A DNA stretch of 64,000 nucleotides from Candidatus Bathyarchaeia archaeon (GCA_038883715.1 JAVZLS010000002.1:32001-96000); one strand, 5' to 3'. Numbered from the stretch's first letter, positions 47,221 to 57,687 are shown. The notes: generated by a model from the sequence alone, not told the origin. Program-made: numbers and translations.

Positions 47221-48030
47221 TTACAAGAGTATGAAGGATATTATTGTTAAGATTAGGCTTATGATAAAGGCCAAAGCCCAAACAGCCTTGTTCCAGAAGA
47301 AGATTTTAAAGCCGTCGAGCATTCCGAAGGGTATGAGATTGAGAAAGGCTATCCAAGCGTTTATCGCGAAACCTAGAAGGAACAGATATGTAAGGTTGCC
47401 GGTTGGTGCAAAATGCGTCGCTAGAAGAAACCCTAAGGATAATATGATGTTTGTTAATGGTCCAGCTATGGAGATTTTCCCGAGGTTTCTTTTGCTGGTT
47501 AACCCTGATACGACCACCGCTCCGGGCGATATAATCTTGAAGAGGGGCGAAACGATGGATATAGCTGTTAATATTAGGCCGAAAAGCATTATTCTGAATT
47601 CCGCCCATAAACCGCTTTTTTGAGCTGTGAATTTGTGGGATAGTTCGTGGATTAGGAAGGATGCCGTAACTATAACTCCAAACGCGAATAGCATGGGGAT
47701 GCCTCCAATATTTTGGATCATGGTTGGCGACATTCCTAGGGATAGTCCTATGCCCAAAACAAGTAGTGCTGCCACCGCTAGGTGTGTGACCTCTTTAGCG
47801 CTGAATCGAATCTGCCTTCTAGTTTCTATTGGAATGTATGTGATTGTGTACTCGATTGGCTTCCATGCTTGAGGGAATAGTGTCCGCTCTTCTTTTGCTG
47901 GGGCTCTTGCCGACTCGATTTTTGGGCATTCATGGTTTTCCGGTAAGCGGTGCTCAGTGCAGAAGTATCCTCCACAGTAGGGACACCTAAACGGCAGAAA
48001 GGTTTCTGTTCCACATTTTTGACACTTCAT
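47221..48030 (-). CDS. AN1-type zinc finger fused to M50 (site-2) intramembrane metalloprotease
   Basis: CQKC...CPYCGGYFCTEHRLPENHEC; HELSH; AGPLTN; NLIPFGMLDG. Confidence 0.9.
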   Translation of the reverse strand: MKCQKCGTETFLPFRCPYCGGYFCTEHRLPENHECPKIESARAPAKEERTLFPQAWKPIEYTITYIPIETRRQIRFSAKEVTHLAVAALLVLGIGLSLGMSPTMIQNIGGIPMLFAFGVIVTASFLIHELSHKFTAQKSGLWAEFRIMLFGLILTAISIVSPLFKIISPGAVVVSGLTSKRNLGKISIAGPLTNIILSLGFLLATHFAPTGNLTYLFLLGFAINAWIAFLNLIPFGMLDGFKIFFWNKAVWALAFIISLILTIISFILL

Positions 48031-48148
48031 TTTTGTGGCGCCCTTTAACCGCTTAAAATGGCTTTTTACTCTTTATATGTTTCTATCGGCGATGGGTTAA
48101 ACGTTAATAAGGGTATGCGTCCAGTTAATTTGGAAGGGTGGAGAAAGC

Positions 48149-49351
48149 GTGAAGGCTTTCAGTTTCGTTCATGCGGCAGACTTACATTTGGGCTATTCAC
48201 AGTATGGTTTAGAAGTGAGACGTGAAGACTTTGACAAGGCATTTAAGGAGCTTGTTGACAAAACCCTTGAGCTAAAACCCGCATTCCTCATAATTGCCGG
48301 AGACCTTTTTCACAATGCCAGGCCATCCAACGTCACATTGGAGAACGCCATAAAAAACTTTAGCAGGCTGCGGGAGGCTGGCATTCCAGTGCTGGTTGTT
48401 GACGGTTCCCATGACTCGGCGCCAAACGTTGTCACAAGCACTATCCTTAACCCGTTGGACAGTGCTGGGCTTATCTATTATCTGCCACGGCATGAGGGGG
48501 CTTGTTGGCGGAAACCTGAATGCTGCTACGTTTACGGAGTGCCCAACTATCGGACTAGGCGTAAAACCGAAGAGATGCTTCCAGCCTTTATGGAGCAGAA
48601 CAAGCCAACGCCAGACCCTTCGCTTTTTAACATTTTCGTCTTCCACATGGCACTTGACCTTCCAGAGGTTAACCCGCCATACATAGAGGCTGAAGCTCCC
48701 GTTGAGCTTATACCCGAAGGCTTCAATTATTATGCCGGCGGGCACGTTCACAAACCTTACATGGGAAAGCTCAAAACTGGATTGTTGGTTTATCCCGGAA
48801 GCACTGAGACAATAAATTATGACGAGGCTGGGAACGAGAAGGGCTTTTACTACGTGGAAGTGAACGAGAAGGGGGAGGCTAACTCACAGTTCATAAAATT
48901 GGAGTCTCCCCGCAAGTTTGTTGTTTTAGAGCAAGATTTTACTGGCGTTACAGCATCGAAAATCACCGAGCTTGCTGTCCAACTTGTGAAGGGCGCTGAT
49001 GTGGAGGGCGCTGTGCTTATTCCAGTTTTGCGTGGTGTCTTGCCAGTTGAGGCTAGCCGTGCAGAAGTTGACGTCGCCCAAATTCGGGGCGCCGCCGAGA
49101 AAGCTTTACTTGTCCATCCAGTGGTTTTGCTGCGGGAAAGCGAGGTTCCAGAGACCGTTGTTCGCTCCATATTCGAAAGCGAAATTAAGGATTTGAAAAC
49201 GAAAAGCTTCGAATATTTCTTGCAAATTTTCTCTGAACGCTACAGTCGGGAAGAAGCCGAAAAAATCGCCAAGGCTGCTGTTAACTTGATTGAGCCGCTT
49301 TCCAAAAAGCAGGACGAGAAGGTTAAGCAGATTTTGGAGGAGCTTATCTAA
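48149..49351 (+). CDS. mre11: Mre11 nuclease
   Basis: ADLHLG, GDLF, GSHD, GHVH, YPGS; translationally coupled to rad50. Confidence 0.9.
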   Translation: MKAFSFVHAADLHLGYSQYGLEVRREDFDKAFKELVDKTLELKPAFLIIAGDLFHNARPSNVTLENAIKNFSRLREAGIPVLVVDGSHDSAPNVVTSTILNPLDSAGLIYYLPRHEGACWRKPECCYVYGVPNYRTRRKTEEMLPAFMEQNKPTPDPSLFNIFVFHMALDLPEVNPPYIEAEAPVELIPEGFNYYAGGHVHKPYMGKLKTGLLVYPGSTETINYDEAGNEKGFYYVEVNEKGEANSQFIKLESPRKFVVLEQDFTGVTASKITELAVQLVKGADVEGAVLIPVLRGVLPVEASRAEVDVAQIRGAAEKALLVHPVVLLRESEVPETVVRSIFESEIKDLKTKSFEYFLQIFSERYSREEAEKIAKAAVNLIEPLSKKQDEKVKQILEELI

Positions 49352-51438
49352 TGAAAATCGAAGTTGTCCAATTGGAAAACATCCGCTCCCACGTGAAGTC
49401 TACAGTTCCATTTGCCAGAGGCTTCAATTGCCTCGTTGGCGGCTTGGGCTGCGGTAAATCCAGCATACTTTACGCCATAGACTTCGCCCTCTTCGGAGAC
49501 CCTTTAGGAAGGAGCTACGACTACCTTCTGCGGGATGGCGCCGAAACCGGAAGAGTTGTTGTCCAGTTCACCCACAACGGCAAGAGCTATAAAATATCGA
49601 GGGGCTTGAAGAGGCGTGGGAAGGGCATAAGCCAAGACTTTGACGAGCTTAAACTTTTTGAAGGCGAAACCATAATCGCAAGCGTGAAAAGCGACGCTGT
49701 CGCAGAACAGTTGAAGGCTATCACTGGCTTGGAGAAGGAGCTTTTCCGCGAAATTGTTTGGGTCCGCCAAGAACACCTAAAAGAACTTTTAGACGCCCCG
49801 CCCAGGGAGCGGCAAAAACGCCTAGACGAACTTTTTGGCTTGTCGGAATACGAAACAGCATGGAGCAACCTGGCTGGCTACCAAAAGGAATACGAAGGTG
49901 AAAAAAGAGTATACGAAAGAGACCCAGACGTCGCTGGAATTAAAAAGCTGAATGAGGAGTACAACAGCCTAGCCAGAGAATTCGCCCTATTAGAGATTGA
50001 CCTCCAAGAAACCACAAGAAAGCTCAACGAAGCCAAAAAAGCTTTGGAGGAGGCAGACCTCAAACTCAAAAAACTTGAGGAGCTTAAAACATCCGTAGAA
50101 AGCCTCAAACGCAAGGAAGCCCAAATACAAGCCAGCCTAACAAGCCTTGAAGATTCTTTGGCATCACTTGCTGAAAAAGTTGAAGGAAAAAAGGCAATAA
50201 TTGACAATCTGAAACAGCGCCTCAACACTATGGAATCACAAGCAAACGCCCACAAGGAAACGCTCAAAGAAATTGGGGTTCCGGCAGACCAGCCCGTTGA
50301 AAATTTGAGACAGCATCTTTCAGCCTTTGACGAGCAAATTGCAAGCCTAAAAGCTGAACAAGAGGCTATTCTTCGAAACCTCCAAGCAGACCAGCGGAGG
50401 CTTGCGTCTCTTTCAGCTGAAAACCGATGTCCGCTATGCCTCCAACCATTAAACGCTGATTATAAGACCAGCCTAATGGAGCGTATACAAAAAGAAAACG
50501 TGGAACGGCAAAAAACCATAAACCAGCTTCAAAAGGACATTGAGGAACTTCAGCAAATAAGGGAGAAAGCCAACTCCGCCATCTCCAACCTCCAGGCTCT
50601 TCTGCCCAGAATCGAAGACTTGAGAGCCCGCCTAAACGAGGAGTCTAGAGCTTTAGCCGAGCTTTCAAAGGAGTTTGAAGAGAAGCAGGAAATGGAGAAT
50701 ACGCTGAGAAACCAGCTGGAAGGCATACGCGCGGAAATAGGCAGATTTGACGTTTTCCAGCTTGAAACCGCCAGAAAGCTAAGAGAACAAGTTTTCCGGC
50801 AATATTATATGCTTGAATCTGAGCTGCGGACCAAGGAAAGCCGGAAAGAGGACATGATGCGGCGTCTAGACGAAATTAAGGATCGCATAGACCGAGCCCA
50901 GAAAAAGATTGAGGAGATGGAGAAACTTGACAAGATTTTGGGCGTTATTGGCGGTATCCGCGACGCCTATAGGAGCATTCAACCAAAATTGCGGAGCGAA
51001 TTTGTAAAAGTCTTGAAGAATTTTGTTCAGCAAATCCTAGACAGCCTAGTGGGCGAGGAAGGCGCACCAATAAATATCACAATAGATGAGACTTATACGC
51101 CGTATGTGATAAGCGAGACGGGCGTCGAAAGGGAGGTTTCAAACCTTTCTGGTGGGGAGCGAACCCTAATAGCTTTTGCATATCGCCTCGGGCTTGGTCA
51201 GTTGATAATGCAGTCGCGGACTGGTCACGGCTTAAGCCTCCTACTGCTTGACGAGCCGACAGAAAGCCTTGGAAGGGAGGATGGCTCAATAGACCGCTTG
51301 GCAGAAGCCATCTCAAGGTTTAAAGCTGTAGAACAGATAATCGCCGTAACCCATAGCGAGGCTTTCGCTGAAAAAGCCGAACACGTTATAAGGGTGGAGA
51401 AAGAGGCTGGGGAAAGCAAAATATCGGTCGAAAAATAA
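49351..51438 (+). CDS. rad50: Rad50 ATPase
   Basis: Walker A GGLGCGKSS, Q-loop, coiled coil with CPLC zinc hook, LSGGE, LLLLDEPT, VTH. Confidence 0.92.
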   Translation: MKIEVVQLENIRSHVKSTVPFARGFNCLVGGLGCGKSSILYAIDFALFGDPLGRSYDYLLRDGAETGRVVVQFTHNGKSYKISRGLKRRGKGISQDFDELKLFEGETIIASVKSDAVAEQLKAITGLEKELFREIVWVRQEHLKELLDAPPRERQKRLDELFGLSEYETAWSNLAGYQKEYEGEKRVYERDPDVAGIKKLNEEYNSLAREFALLEIDLQETTRKLNEAKKALEEADLKLKKLEELKTSVESLKRKEAQIQASLTSLEDSLASLAEKVEGKKAIIDNLKQRLNTMESQANAHKETLKEIGVPADQPVENLRQHLSAFDEQIASLKAEQEAILRNLQADQRRLASLSAENRCPLCLQPLNADYKTSLMERIQKENVERQKTINQLQKDIEELQQIREKANSAISNLQALLPRIEDLRARLNEESRALAELSKEFEEKQEMENTLRNQLEGIRAEIGRFDVFQLETARKLREQVFRQYYMLESELRTKESRKEDMMRRLDEIKDRIDRAQKKIEEMEKLDKILGVIGGIRDAYRSIQPKLRSEFVKVLKNFVQQILDSLVGEEGAPINITIDETYTPYVISETGVEREVSNLSGGERTLIAFAYRLGLGQLIMQSRTGHGLSLLLLDEPTESLGREDGSIDRLAEAISRFKAVEQIIAVTHSEAFAEKAEHVIRVEKEAGESKISVEK

Positions 51439-51445
51439 CTTGAAA

Positions 51446-52348
51446 CTAGTCCTCTTCAATAACTCTGTTTTCTAAAACGCCTATTCCTTCAATTTCTATT
51501 CTTACGGTGCTTCCGGGCTTCAGAAATTTTGGCTTCGGCTTCATGGCAAAGCCGACACCAGCCGGTGTCCCTGTGGCGATTATGTCGCATGGCTCTAATG
51601 TCATGACTTTGCTTAAGTGGTGAACTATTTCGTAAACGTTAAAAACCATATTTTTCGTTGTTGAGTCTTGGCGAAGTTCCTTGTCCACCCATGTTCTAAT
51701 GCGAAGGTTGGATGTGTCTGGCAGCTGGTTTTCCGTTGTTATGCATGGTCCGATAGGCGCAAAAGTGTCGAAACTTTTGCCTCTGGTCCATTGTCTATCC
51801 TTAAACTGAATGTCCCGCGCTGAAACATCATTTAAAATTGTGTATCCGAAAATATGTTTCCTCGCCTCTGAAACCGGCACATTTTTACCTTTTCGCCCTA
51901 TCACAATGGCTAACTCTGCCTCATAGTCGAGTTCCTTAACAAATCTTGGCTTAACAATATTCTCGTTTGGTCCAATTATGGTTGTGTGGGGCTTAAGAAA
52001 GATTATGGGTTCGTCTGGTATCTGTGTGTTTTGCTCCGCGGCATGGTCCCTATAATTCAGTCCTAAGCAGATGATTTTTGGCGGGTGAGCTATTGGCGCA
52101 AGAAGTCTTATCCCATTAACTGGCACAGAGTTTTTCTCGATGACATGTTCTGGAGCTTCCTCAAGAAGTCTTTCTACAGTTTTAATGGCTCTTTCCCCGC
52201 TTGTCACAAAGGTTTCTATCTTGCTTGGAAGCCGTCTGTGCACTGTTTTGGCGAGGCTTGGCAAGCAGACCACCCTTTTCTCATCGCTGGATAAAACACC
52301 GTAACTTTCCCTTTCTCCGTCCAAGTAGCGGACAAGCTTCATTGTCAT
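51446..52348 (-). CDS. Fumarylacetoacetate hydrolase family protein
   Basis: CLGLNY..H, DYEAEL, NDVSARD, GKSFDTF, TGTPAGVG. Confidence 0.93.
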   Translation of the reverse strand: MTMKLVRYLDGERESYGVLSSDEKRVVCLPSLAKTVHRRLPSKIETFVTSGERAIKTVERLLEEAPEHVIEKNSVPVNGIRLLAPIAHPPKIICLGLNYRDHAAEQNTQIPDEPIIFLKPHTTIIGPNENIVKPRFVKELDYEAELAIVIGRKGKNVPVSEARKHIFGYTILNDVSARDIQFKDRQWTRGKSFDTFAPIGPCITTENQLPDTSNLRIRTWVDKELRQDSTTKNMVFNVYEIVHHLSKVMTLEPCDIIATGTPAGVGFAMKPKPKFLKPGSTVRIEIEGIGVLENRVIEED

Positions 52349-52434
52349 ACCTTCTTTTGGCTATGATAACGCTCAATAATTTTCACTTTTAGGATTGAAA
52401 ATGTATAAATGTGATTTGGAGAAGAGCATACGTT

Positions 52435-53337
52435 ATGTATGTTAAAACAAGAAAATTAGCTCTTATAGAGGGCATAACTGCTGGCATCCTCTTTGGGACC
52501 TCAGCTATCTTCATAAGGTATCTCCAAAATTTTGATGCCTTTTCCATAGCCTTCTGGCGATTAATCATCGCTTGCATCGTGCTGGCTGTAGGGCTCTTTG
52601 TGCCTAGAAAAGCTTTCAGCTTTAGCCTTGTTAGGAAAAATTTGGGAAATTTTTTCGTTCTCAGTCTTTTTCTAGGTTTGCACTTCATATTTTTCATATC
52701 CGCTGTTAAGGATACAACGATTTTAAATGCAACAGTTTTGGTTAACACAACCCCAATTTTTTCCCTAATTTTCTCAAGCCTATTCTATAAAGCTAAACCT
52801 TCAAGCCTCGCTGTTTTTGGCATAGCCTTATCTTTTGTTGGCGCGTGCATTATTGCCTCCGCTGAAACCCAAATGGCTGGTGCTTCACTAAATAGCTTCT
52901 CTCCAAGACTAAAGGGGGATTTAGAAGCCACATTAGCTGCTATACTTGAAGCCTGCTTCCTTACTTATGGAAGAAAGATAAGGGGGTGCATGGACATAAT
53001 CTCCATTATGCTTCCCATCTATTTTCTAACAGCGCTAATCGTAGGCGTGTTAGGATTGGCTGTCGCAAATAAAACTTTAGAGTCGCCGACAACGATAGAA
53101 AGTCTCCTTCCACTGGTTGGCTTAGGTGTCTTGCCAACGGCGGTAGCCCGCACTTTAGCTTTTTCTTCTCTCTCGGATCTAAAATCTTTTGAAACTGCAA
53201 CCATGGCTTTGCTGGAACCATTAGGGGCAACATCCCTAGGCATAGTTCTATTTGGCGAGTGGCCTCTCCCAATTTTTGCGGTGGGAACGGCATTGATTTT
53301 GGCTGGAATAGTCTTCGTTTCCAGAGGGGAAGGCTGA
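52435..53337 (+). CDS. DMT/EamA family transporter
   Basis: About 10 TM in two repeats; LLEPLGA...LFGE. Confidence 0.88.
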   Translation: MYVKTRKLALIEGITAGILFGTSAIFIRYLQNFDAFSIAFWRLIIACIVLAVGLFVPRKAFSFSLVRKNLGNFFVLSLFLGLHFIFFISAVKDTTILNATVLVNTTPIFSLIFSSLFYKAKPSSLAVFGIALSFVGACIIASAETQMAGASLNSFSPRLKGDLEATLAAILEACFLTYGRKIRGCMDIISIMLPIYFLTALIVGVLGLAVANKTLESPTTIESLLPLVGLGVLPTAVARTLAFSSLSDLKSFETATMALLEPLGATSLGIVLFGEWPLPIFAVGTALILAGIVFVSRGEG

Positions 53338-53400
53338 AAGCTTTTACGAAACAGATAAAAGGCTTCACAATATATTGTGCAGAAAGCGGGTTGAAACCCA

Positions 53401-53796
53401 ATGGCGGCAAACGACAAGATATTGAAGGCTTTGGAATCCGCAACCAGCTACTTGGAAAAATCGGCTTCCGCGCTGAGCAGCGGAGACGAAAACTCCTTTA
53501 CAAAGCATTTTTGGCATGTTGCCGCAGAACTGGAATACGCCCTTTTCCTGTTCTCCCTAATTTTCCAAGAAGAGAATGTTGACAAGTCAAAGTGGAAGCC
53601 CAACCCAGACATGAAAAAGGATAATATCAATGGCGTTTTAGCCGAAGTTCGCAGCTTACTGGAAAACGCTAAAAAGTTTTTAACCAGCGGCAAGCTTTTA
53701 GACGCCTATAAGGGCATTTATGTGGCAAGACACTGTGTTTTCGCCGTTGAGGAGAATCTAGCCAAGAAAAAGCGTGAAAGCTCGAAAAATAAATAG
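53401..53796 (+). CDS. Hypothetical helical protein
   Basis: 131-aa frame, amphipathic helices; no motif recognised. Confidence 0.65.
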   Translation: MAANDKILKALESATSYLEKSASALSSGDENSFTKHFWHVAAELEYALFLFSLIFQEENVDKSKWKPNPDMKKDNINGVLAEVRSLLENAKKFLTSGKLLDAYKGIYVARHCVFAVEENLAKKKRESSKNK

Positions 53797-53800
53797 GCTA

Positions 53801-54076
53801 TTATTCTGGCAGCTTTCGCCCCTTAATCTTTAAGGCGCCTTCTTCCTCGCTTATAACCCTATAATATTCCTTAAGCTCGCTTTTATGTAGAAACTTTTTC
53901 AGAAGCACCCTCACGTACTGTTTTGGAAGGCTTTTCTCTTCGCTCTTCACTACAATATCATTTGTTAGGGTTTTAACTTCGGCGTTTGTCTTTTCTTTTA
54001 AGAATTCTGCCAGCTCTTTTACGATATCTCCGCCTTCAGCCTTAAGCTCAGACACATCAATTTTTATCTCAATCAT
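53801..54076 (-). CDS. rpl22e: Ribosomal protein eL22 (L22e) homologue
   Basis: KIDVS...LAEFLKEK...PKQYVRVLLKKFLHKSELKEYYRVIS resembles the eL22 signature SKRYLKYLTKKYLKKxxLRDWLRVVA (recognised from memory of the family). Confidence 0.78.
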   Translation of the reverse strand: MIEIKIDVSELKAEGGDIVKELAEFLKEKTNAEVKTLTNDIVVKSEEKSLPKQYVRVLLKKFLHKSELKEYYRVISEEEGALKIKGRKLPE

Positions 54077-54100
54077 TCCATCCCCCGCCTTCATTCTGGT

Positions 54101-54760
54101 TTACTTTCTAACCATTATAACCCTAACTTGGTCACATGCATCCTCGCATGCGTCTGCAATCATTTCTAAGGCTTCAAAAAGTTGACCAACTAAAACGGCG
54201 ACTCCAGCCTTTTGGAGGTTCTCTTTTCCCAATAATGTTCTTGCCGTCTCGTGTAAGTCGTCAACTTTCTCCTCCTCCCTTTCCACGGCGTCTGCCGCTT
54301 GAAGGGCTTCTTCCGGCTTTGTTATTATCTTGTTTATGCACCTTTGGAGCATTATGGCACATTCCCTCACGCCTTTAGCCATCTCCACAAACTCTTTTTT
54401 GATAGAGGCTGGCACATGCTCCATGGGCGTGGCCATTAAAACCCTTGTTGATTCTCTGCTCCAGTCTGCGACCATGTCCACCCTCTTGACAAGGTGCATT
54501 ATGTCTTCTCTGGCTGTTGGCGGTAACTCACCTTTCGACACTTCATCCATAACTTTTCTGCGTAGGCTGTCCGCCTCTCTTTCGCCGCTGGCAATTCTCT
54601 CTACACAGTTTCTTAGGGTTTTTGGGTCGCCGTCCACTGCCGCCTTAACGGCTTTTTCCAAGTCCTCAACTATGCTTGTTGTTATGGCGAGGTGTTGCTG
54701 TATCATTGTTAGGGCTTTCGTCTCCCTGCGCTTTTCAAACCATTTTATTAGTTCACTCAA
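54101..54760 (-). CDS. DUF47/PhoU-like phosphate transport regulator
   Basis: EREAD..RR, PTARED, D.VAD, EEKVDD, E.IADACED. Confidence 0.9.
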   Translation of the reverse strand: MSELIKWFEKRRETKALTMIQQHLAITTSIVEDLEKAVKAAVDGDPKTLRNCVERIASGEREADSLRRKVMDEVSKGELPPTAREDIMHLVKRVDMVADWSRESTRVLMATPMEHVPASIKKEFVEMAKGVRECAIMLQRCINKIITKPEEALQAADAVEREEEKVDDLHETARTLLGKENLQKAGVAVLVGQLFEALEMIADACEDACDQVRVIMVRK

Positions 54761-55856
54761 CAGCCAACTCCTCCCTTAAGCCTAACTCCGGATAAGCGAA
54801 CAAGTGGGCGCTTTCCGGTTGGAAACTTAAGGTAACCTTTTCCCCTATATTAAGCCATTCACAAGCCATGGAAGGCGTAACGACAACTACTAAATCTTGA
54901 TTTTCAAGCCTAACCTCGTACCTTACATTTGTTCCTTCAAAGGCAAACCTTTCAACAACACCCAACATGGCATTTTCATCCGCGTCCTTCCCCCGCTTAA
55001 TGGTAAAAGTTTCTGGTCTGACGGCTAAAACCACTCTTTCACCCTTACTCATGCCTTTATTGACCGCTTGAACTTTTATGCCTCCTCGAAGCTCAATAAC
55101 AGCCATCCGCCCCCTCGTTTCCGCTATGAAGCCTTCCAAAAAGTTTGAACCTCCAATGAAATTTGCCACAAAAATGCTCTGGGGGTTCATGTAAAGCTCT
55201 CGAGGCGTCCCCACTTGTAGGACCTTTCCCTTCTTCATAACGGCTATTCTGTCTGATATTGCCATAGCCTCCGACTGGTCATGGGTTACATGTATGGCGG
55301 TTAACTCCAAATCCTTAGTCATGCGTCTAATCTCATATCTAAGCTCATTTCTAACCTTAGCGTCCAAATGCCCTAAAGGCTCGTCTAAAAGTAGCAGTTT
55401 TGCACCAGCAGCAAGTGCCCTTGCAACGGCCACCCTCTGCATCATTCCGCCACTTAACTCGCTTGGAAAAGCATCTAACCGCTCATGGAGTCTAACCATT
55501 TCCAAAACTTCATGTCCTATCCTTTCGGCTTTCTGCATGTCAAAACCCTTAACCCTTGGACCATAAGTGACGTTTTCCCAAGCGTTCATGTGGGGAAACA
55601 GCGCAAAAGTCTGAAAGACAAAGCCCACATCGCGGTCTTCAGGCGGGACATCATTCACAAGCCTATCGCCAATGTATATTTCGCCTTCGTCAGGCTCTAT
55701 CAATCCAGCAATAAGCCTAAGTAAAGTGGTCTTTCCACAACCGCTCGGTCCAAGAATTGAGAAATACTCCTTATCCTTTATGTGGAGGCTGACGTTGTCG
55801 ACAGCCACAATTTTTCCAAACTTTTTCGTGACATTAACCAAGCGCACGTCTGGCAT
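54753..55856 (-). CDS. ABC transporter ATP-binding protein (PotA/FbpC-like, TOBE domain)
   Basis: GPSGCGKTT, LSGGMMQR, LLLLDEP, HVTHDQ. Confidence 0.95.
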   Translation of the reverse strand: MPDVRLVNVTKKFGKIVAVDNVSLHIKDKEYFSILGPSGCGKTTLLRLIAGLIEPDEGEIYIGDRLVNDVPPEDRDVGFVFQTFALFPHMNAWENVTYGPRVKGFDMQKAERIGHEVLEMVRLHERLDAFPSELSGGMMQRVAVARALAAGAKLLLLDEPLGHLDAKVRNELRYEIRRMTKDLELTAIHVTHDQSEAMAISDRIAVMKKGKVLQVGTPRELYMNPQSIFVANFIGGSNFLEGFIAETRGRMAVIELRGGIKVQAVNKGMSKGERVVLAVRPETFTIKRGKDADENAMLGVVERFAFEGTNVRYEVRLENQDLVVVVTPSMACEWLNIGEKVTLSFQPESAHLFAYPELGLREELAVE

Positions 55857-55858
55857 GC

Positions 55859-57550
55859 CTAGTACCTTCCCTTACCCTTAACGATAAGCCTTAAGGCTAA
55901 TAGGATTATGAAGGAGATTAATATTAAGAAACCGCAACCCAAACCAATCTCCAAAAATTTATCATAACTTTTAGTTTTCATCCATTCCCTAACCCATTCT
56001 ACAAGAAATACGGGGGCGGTCTGAAGCTGTCGGGTGACGGCCAGTGTGGCACCAGTTTCACTTACGCTTCTTGTGAAGACCATTATAGCACCAGAAAGCA
56101 TTGAATATTTAGTCAAGGGGAATATTATTGTTCTGAACACGCTTAAGGGTTTAGCCCCCAAGGTTCTTGACGCTTCCTCCAGCTCTATGCTTATCCTCTC
56201 GATGGCTGCTGACATAGATCTTACAAAATATGGGTAGGTTATGGCCAAATGTGCGAAAATGAGAAGCAAAATGTCCGGTATGAAAGCCAAAGTCCCCCAG
56301 AAAAATCCAAGAGAAACGCCTAAAGCCGCTGATGGGATAATTATTGGGATGTCGATAAGCACGTTTAAGGCTGATGAAGTTTTTCCAAGACGTTTTCGTG
56401 CGACAATTATTGCCATTGGCAAGCCTATAAGGACATTTAAGACTGTTACGACGGCCCCAAGGGAATATGAAAGAACGAGGCTTTGCCAATACCTTCCCCA
56501 AGAATTAACCCCTGAAAGAGCGGTACATATTAAACCTGCTGACGCAGCTTTGAAAGCCGGTAGAGCTGCAAAAAGTGATGGAATTAGCACGATGATAAAG
56601 AAGATAAAGAGCGTGATGCCATTTCTTATTAGAACCGCAGAGGAATAGCTTATTTTCCTCTCAACTGTTGGCCAAGCCCTTTTGAATGGCAGTTTCAGTT
56701 TACCTCCAAGAACGCGTACTGCAGCAAAAATTAGGCATGAAATAACAATAAGAATAAGGCTCACAAAAACTGTTGCACCGACATAAACATCTTTCGTGTT
56801 CTGGATAAATATAGGGCCGTTTTCAAATAGTATTTGACCAGTTTCAATGGACGTGGCAACCATCATGGTTGCCCCTGTTTCCGAAATGGACCTTGCAAAA
56901 GCCAAAATAAAAGCCGCAATCAAGGAAGGGTTTATAATTCCGAAAGTAACCGTTCTGGCAGTTGTGAAGGGTGGCGCGCCTAAGGTTCTCGATGCTTGTT
57001 CATATTCGATCTTATAATCCAGCAAAGCGCCAACAATCACCCTCACAACGACCGGATACGAGAATGTGAAATGCAGTAATGCAACAAGAAGCCAGCCTGG
57101 CGAAACAAGAGAGCCGCCAAAAAGTGCTGAGATTCCTTCGGGCTTGTACCAGAACAAAAGAAGCGAATAGCCGAGCACGGCTGTCGGCACGATAAAAGGG
57201 ACGTCTGCAAGCGTGTCGAGAACGTTTATCCATTTGGATTTGCTTCGGGCTATGAGCCAAGCCATTGGAATGCCGGCAGCTACATCCAAAATCGAAACCA
57301 AAACAGCCATGACAAAGGAATTTTTCACAGCGTCTAATGCCCGATTCATAAGTTGGCTGTCGCCAAAAATTTCCTGCATCGAGCCCCACTTAATTACTAT
57401 ACCTAAAATTGGCGGAATCAAAATTAGGGCGAAAAAGAGTATTACCGCGACTAAATAAACTCCATATTTGACAGTTGGCTTTGAGGAAAGCCTATCAAGC
57501 TTCTCCGTGAATTTTTTGGGCAAACTTACCAGCCTAAATCCGCTCGGCAA
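55859..57550 (-). CDS. ABC transporter permease, fused double TM domain (Fe3+/thiamine/oxyanion type)
   Basis: Two EAA loops (YEQASRTLGA; LEEASRTLGA). Confidence 0.92.
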   Translation of the reverse strand: MPSGFRLVSLPKKFTEKLDRLSSKPTVKYGVYLVAVILFFALILIPPILGIVIKWGSMQEIFGDSQLMNRALDAVKNSFVMAVLVSILDVAAGIPMAWLIARSKSKWINVLDTLADVPFIVPTAVLGYSLLLFWYKPEGISALFGGSLVSPGWLLVALLHFTFSYPVVVRVIVGALLDYKIEYEQASRTLGAPPFTTARTVTFGIINPSLIAAFILAFARSISETGATMMVATSIETGQILFENGPIFIQNTKDVYVGATVFVSLILIVISCLIFAAVRVLGGKLKLPFKRAWPTVERKISYSSAVLIRNGITLFIFFIIVLIPSLFAALPAFKAASAGLICTALSGVNSWGRYWQSLVLSYSLGAVVTVLNVLIGLPMAIIVARKRLGKTSSALNVLIDIPIIIPSAALGVSLGFFWGTLAFIPDILLLIFAHLAITYPYFVRSMSAAIERISIELEEASRTLGAKPLSVFRTIIFPLTKYSMLSGAIMVFTRSVSETGATLAVTRQLQTAPVFLVEWVREWMKTKSYDKFLEIGLGCGFLILISFIILLALRLIVKGKGRY

Positions 57551-57687
57551 ACTAACATGCTTCTTTTTTCATTTGCAAAATTTGCTGATAAGCTTTCCGT
57601 ATAAGGGCAAATGTTTCATCTTGTTCAATTATGAAAATTATGAAAATAAGGAAAAAATTATAAAAATTGGGAGATGTTGCCCTTAAT

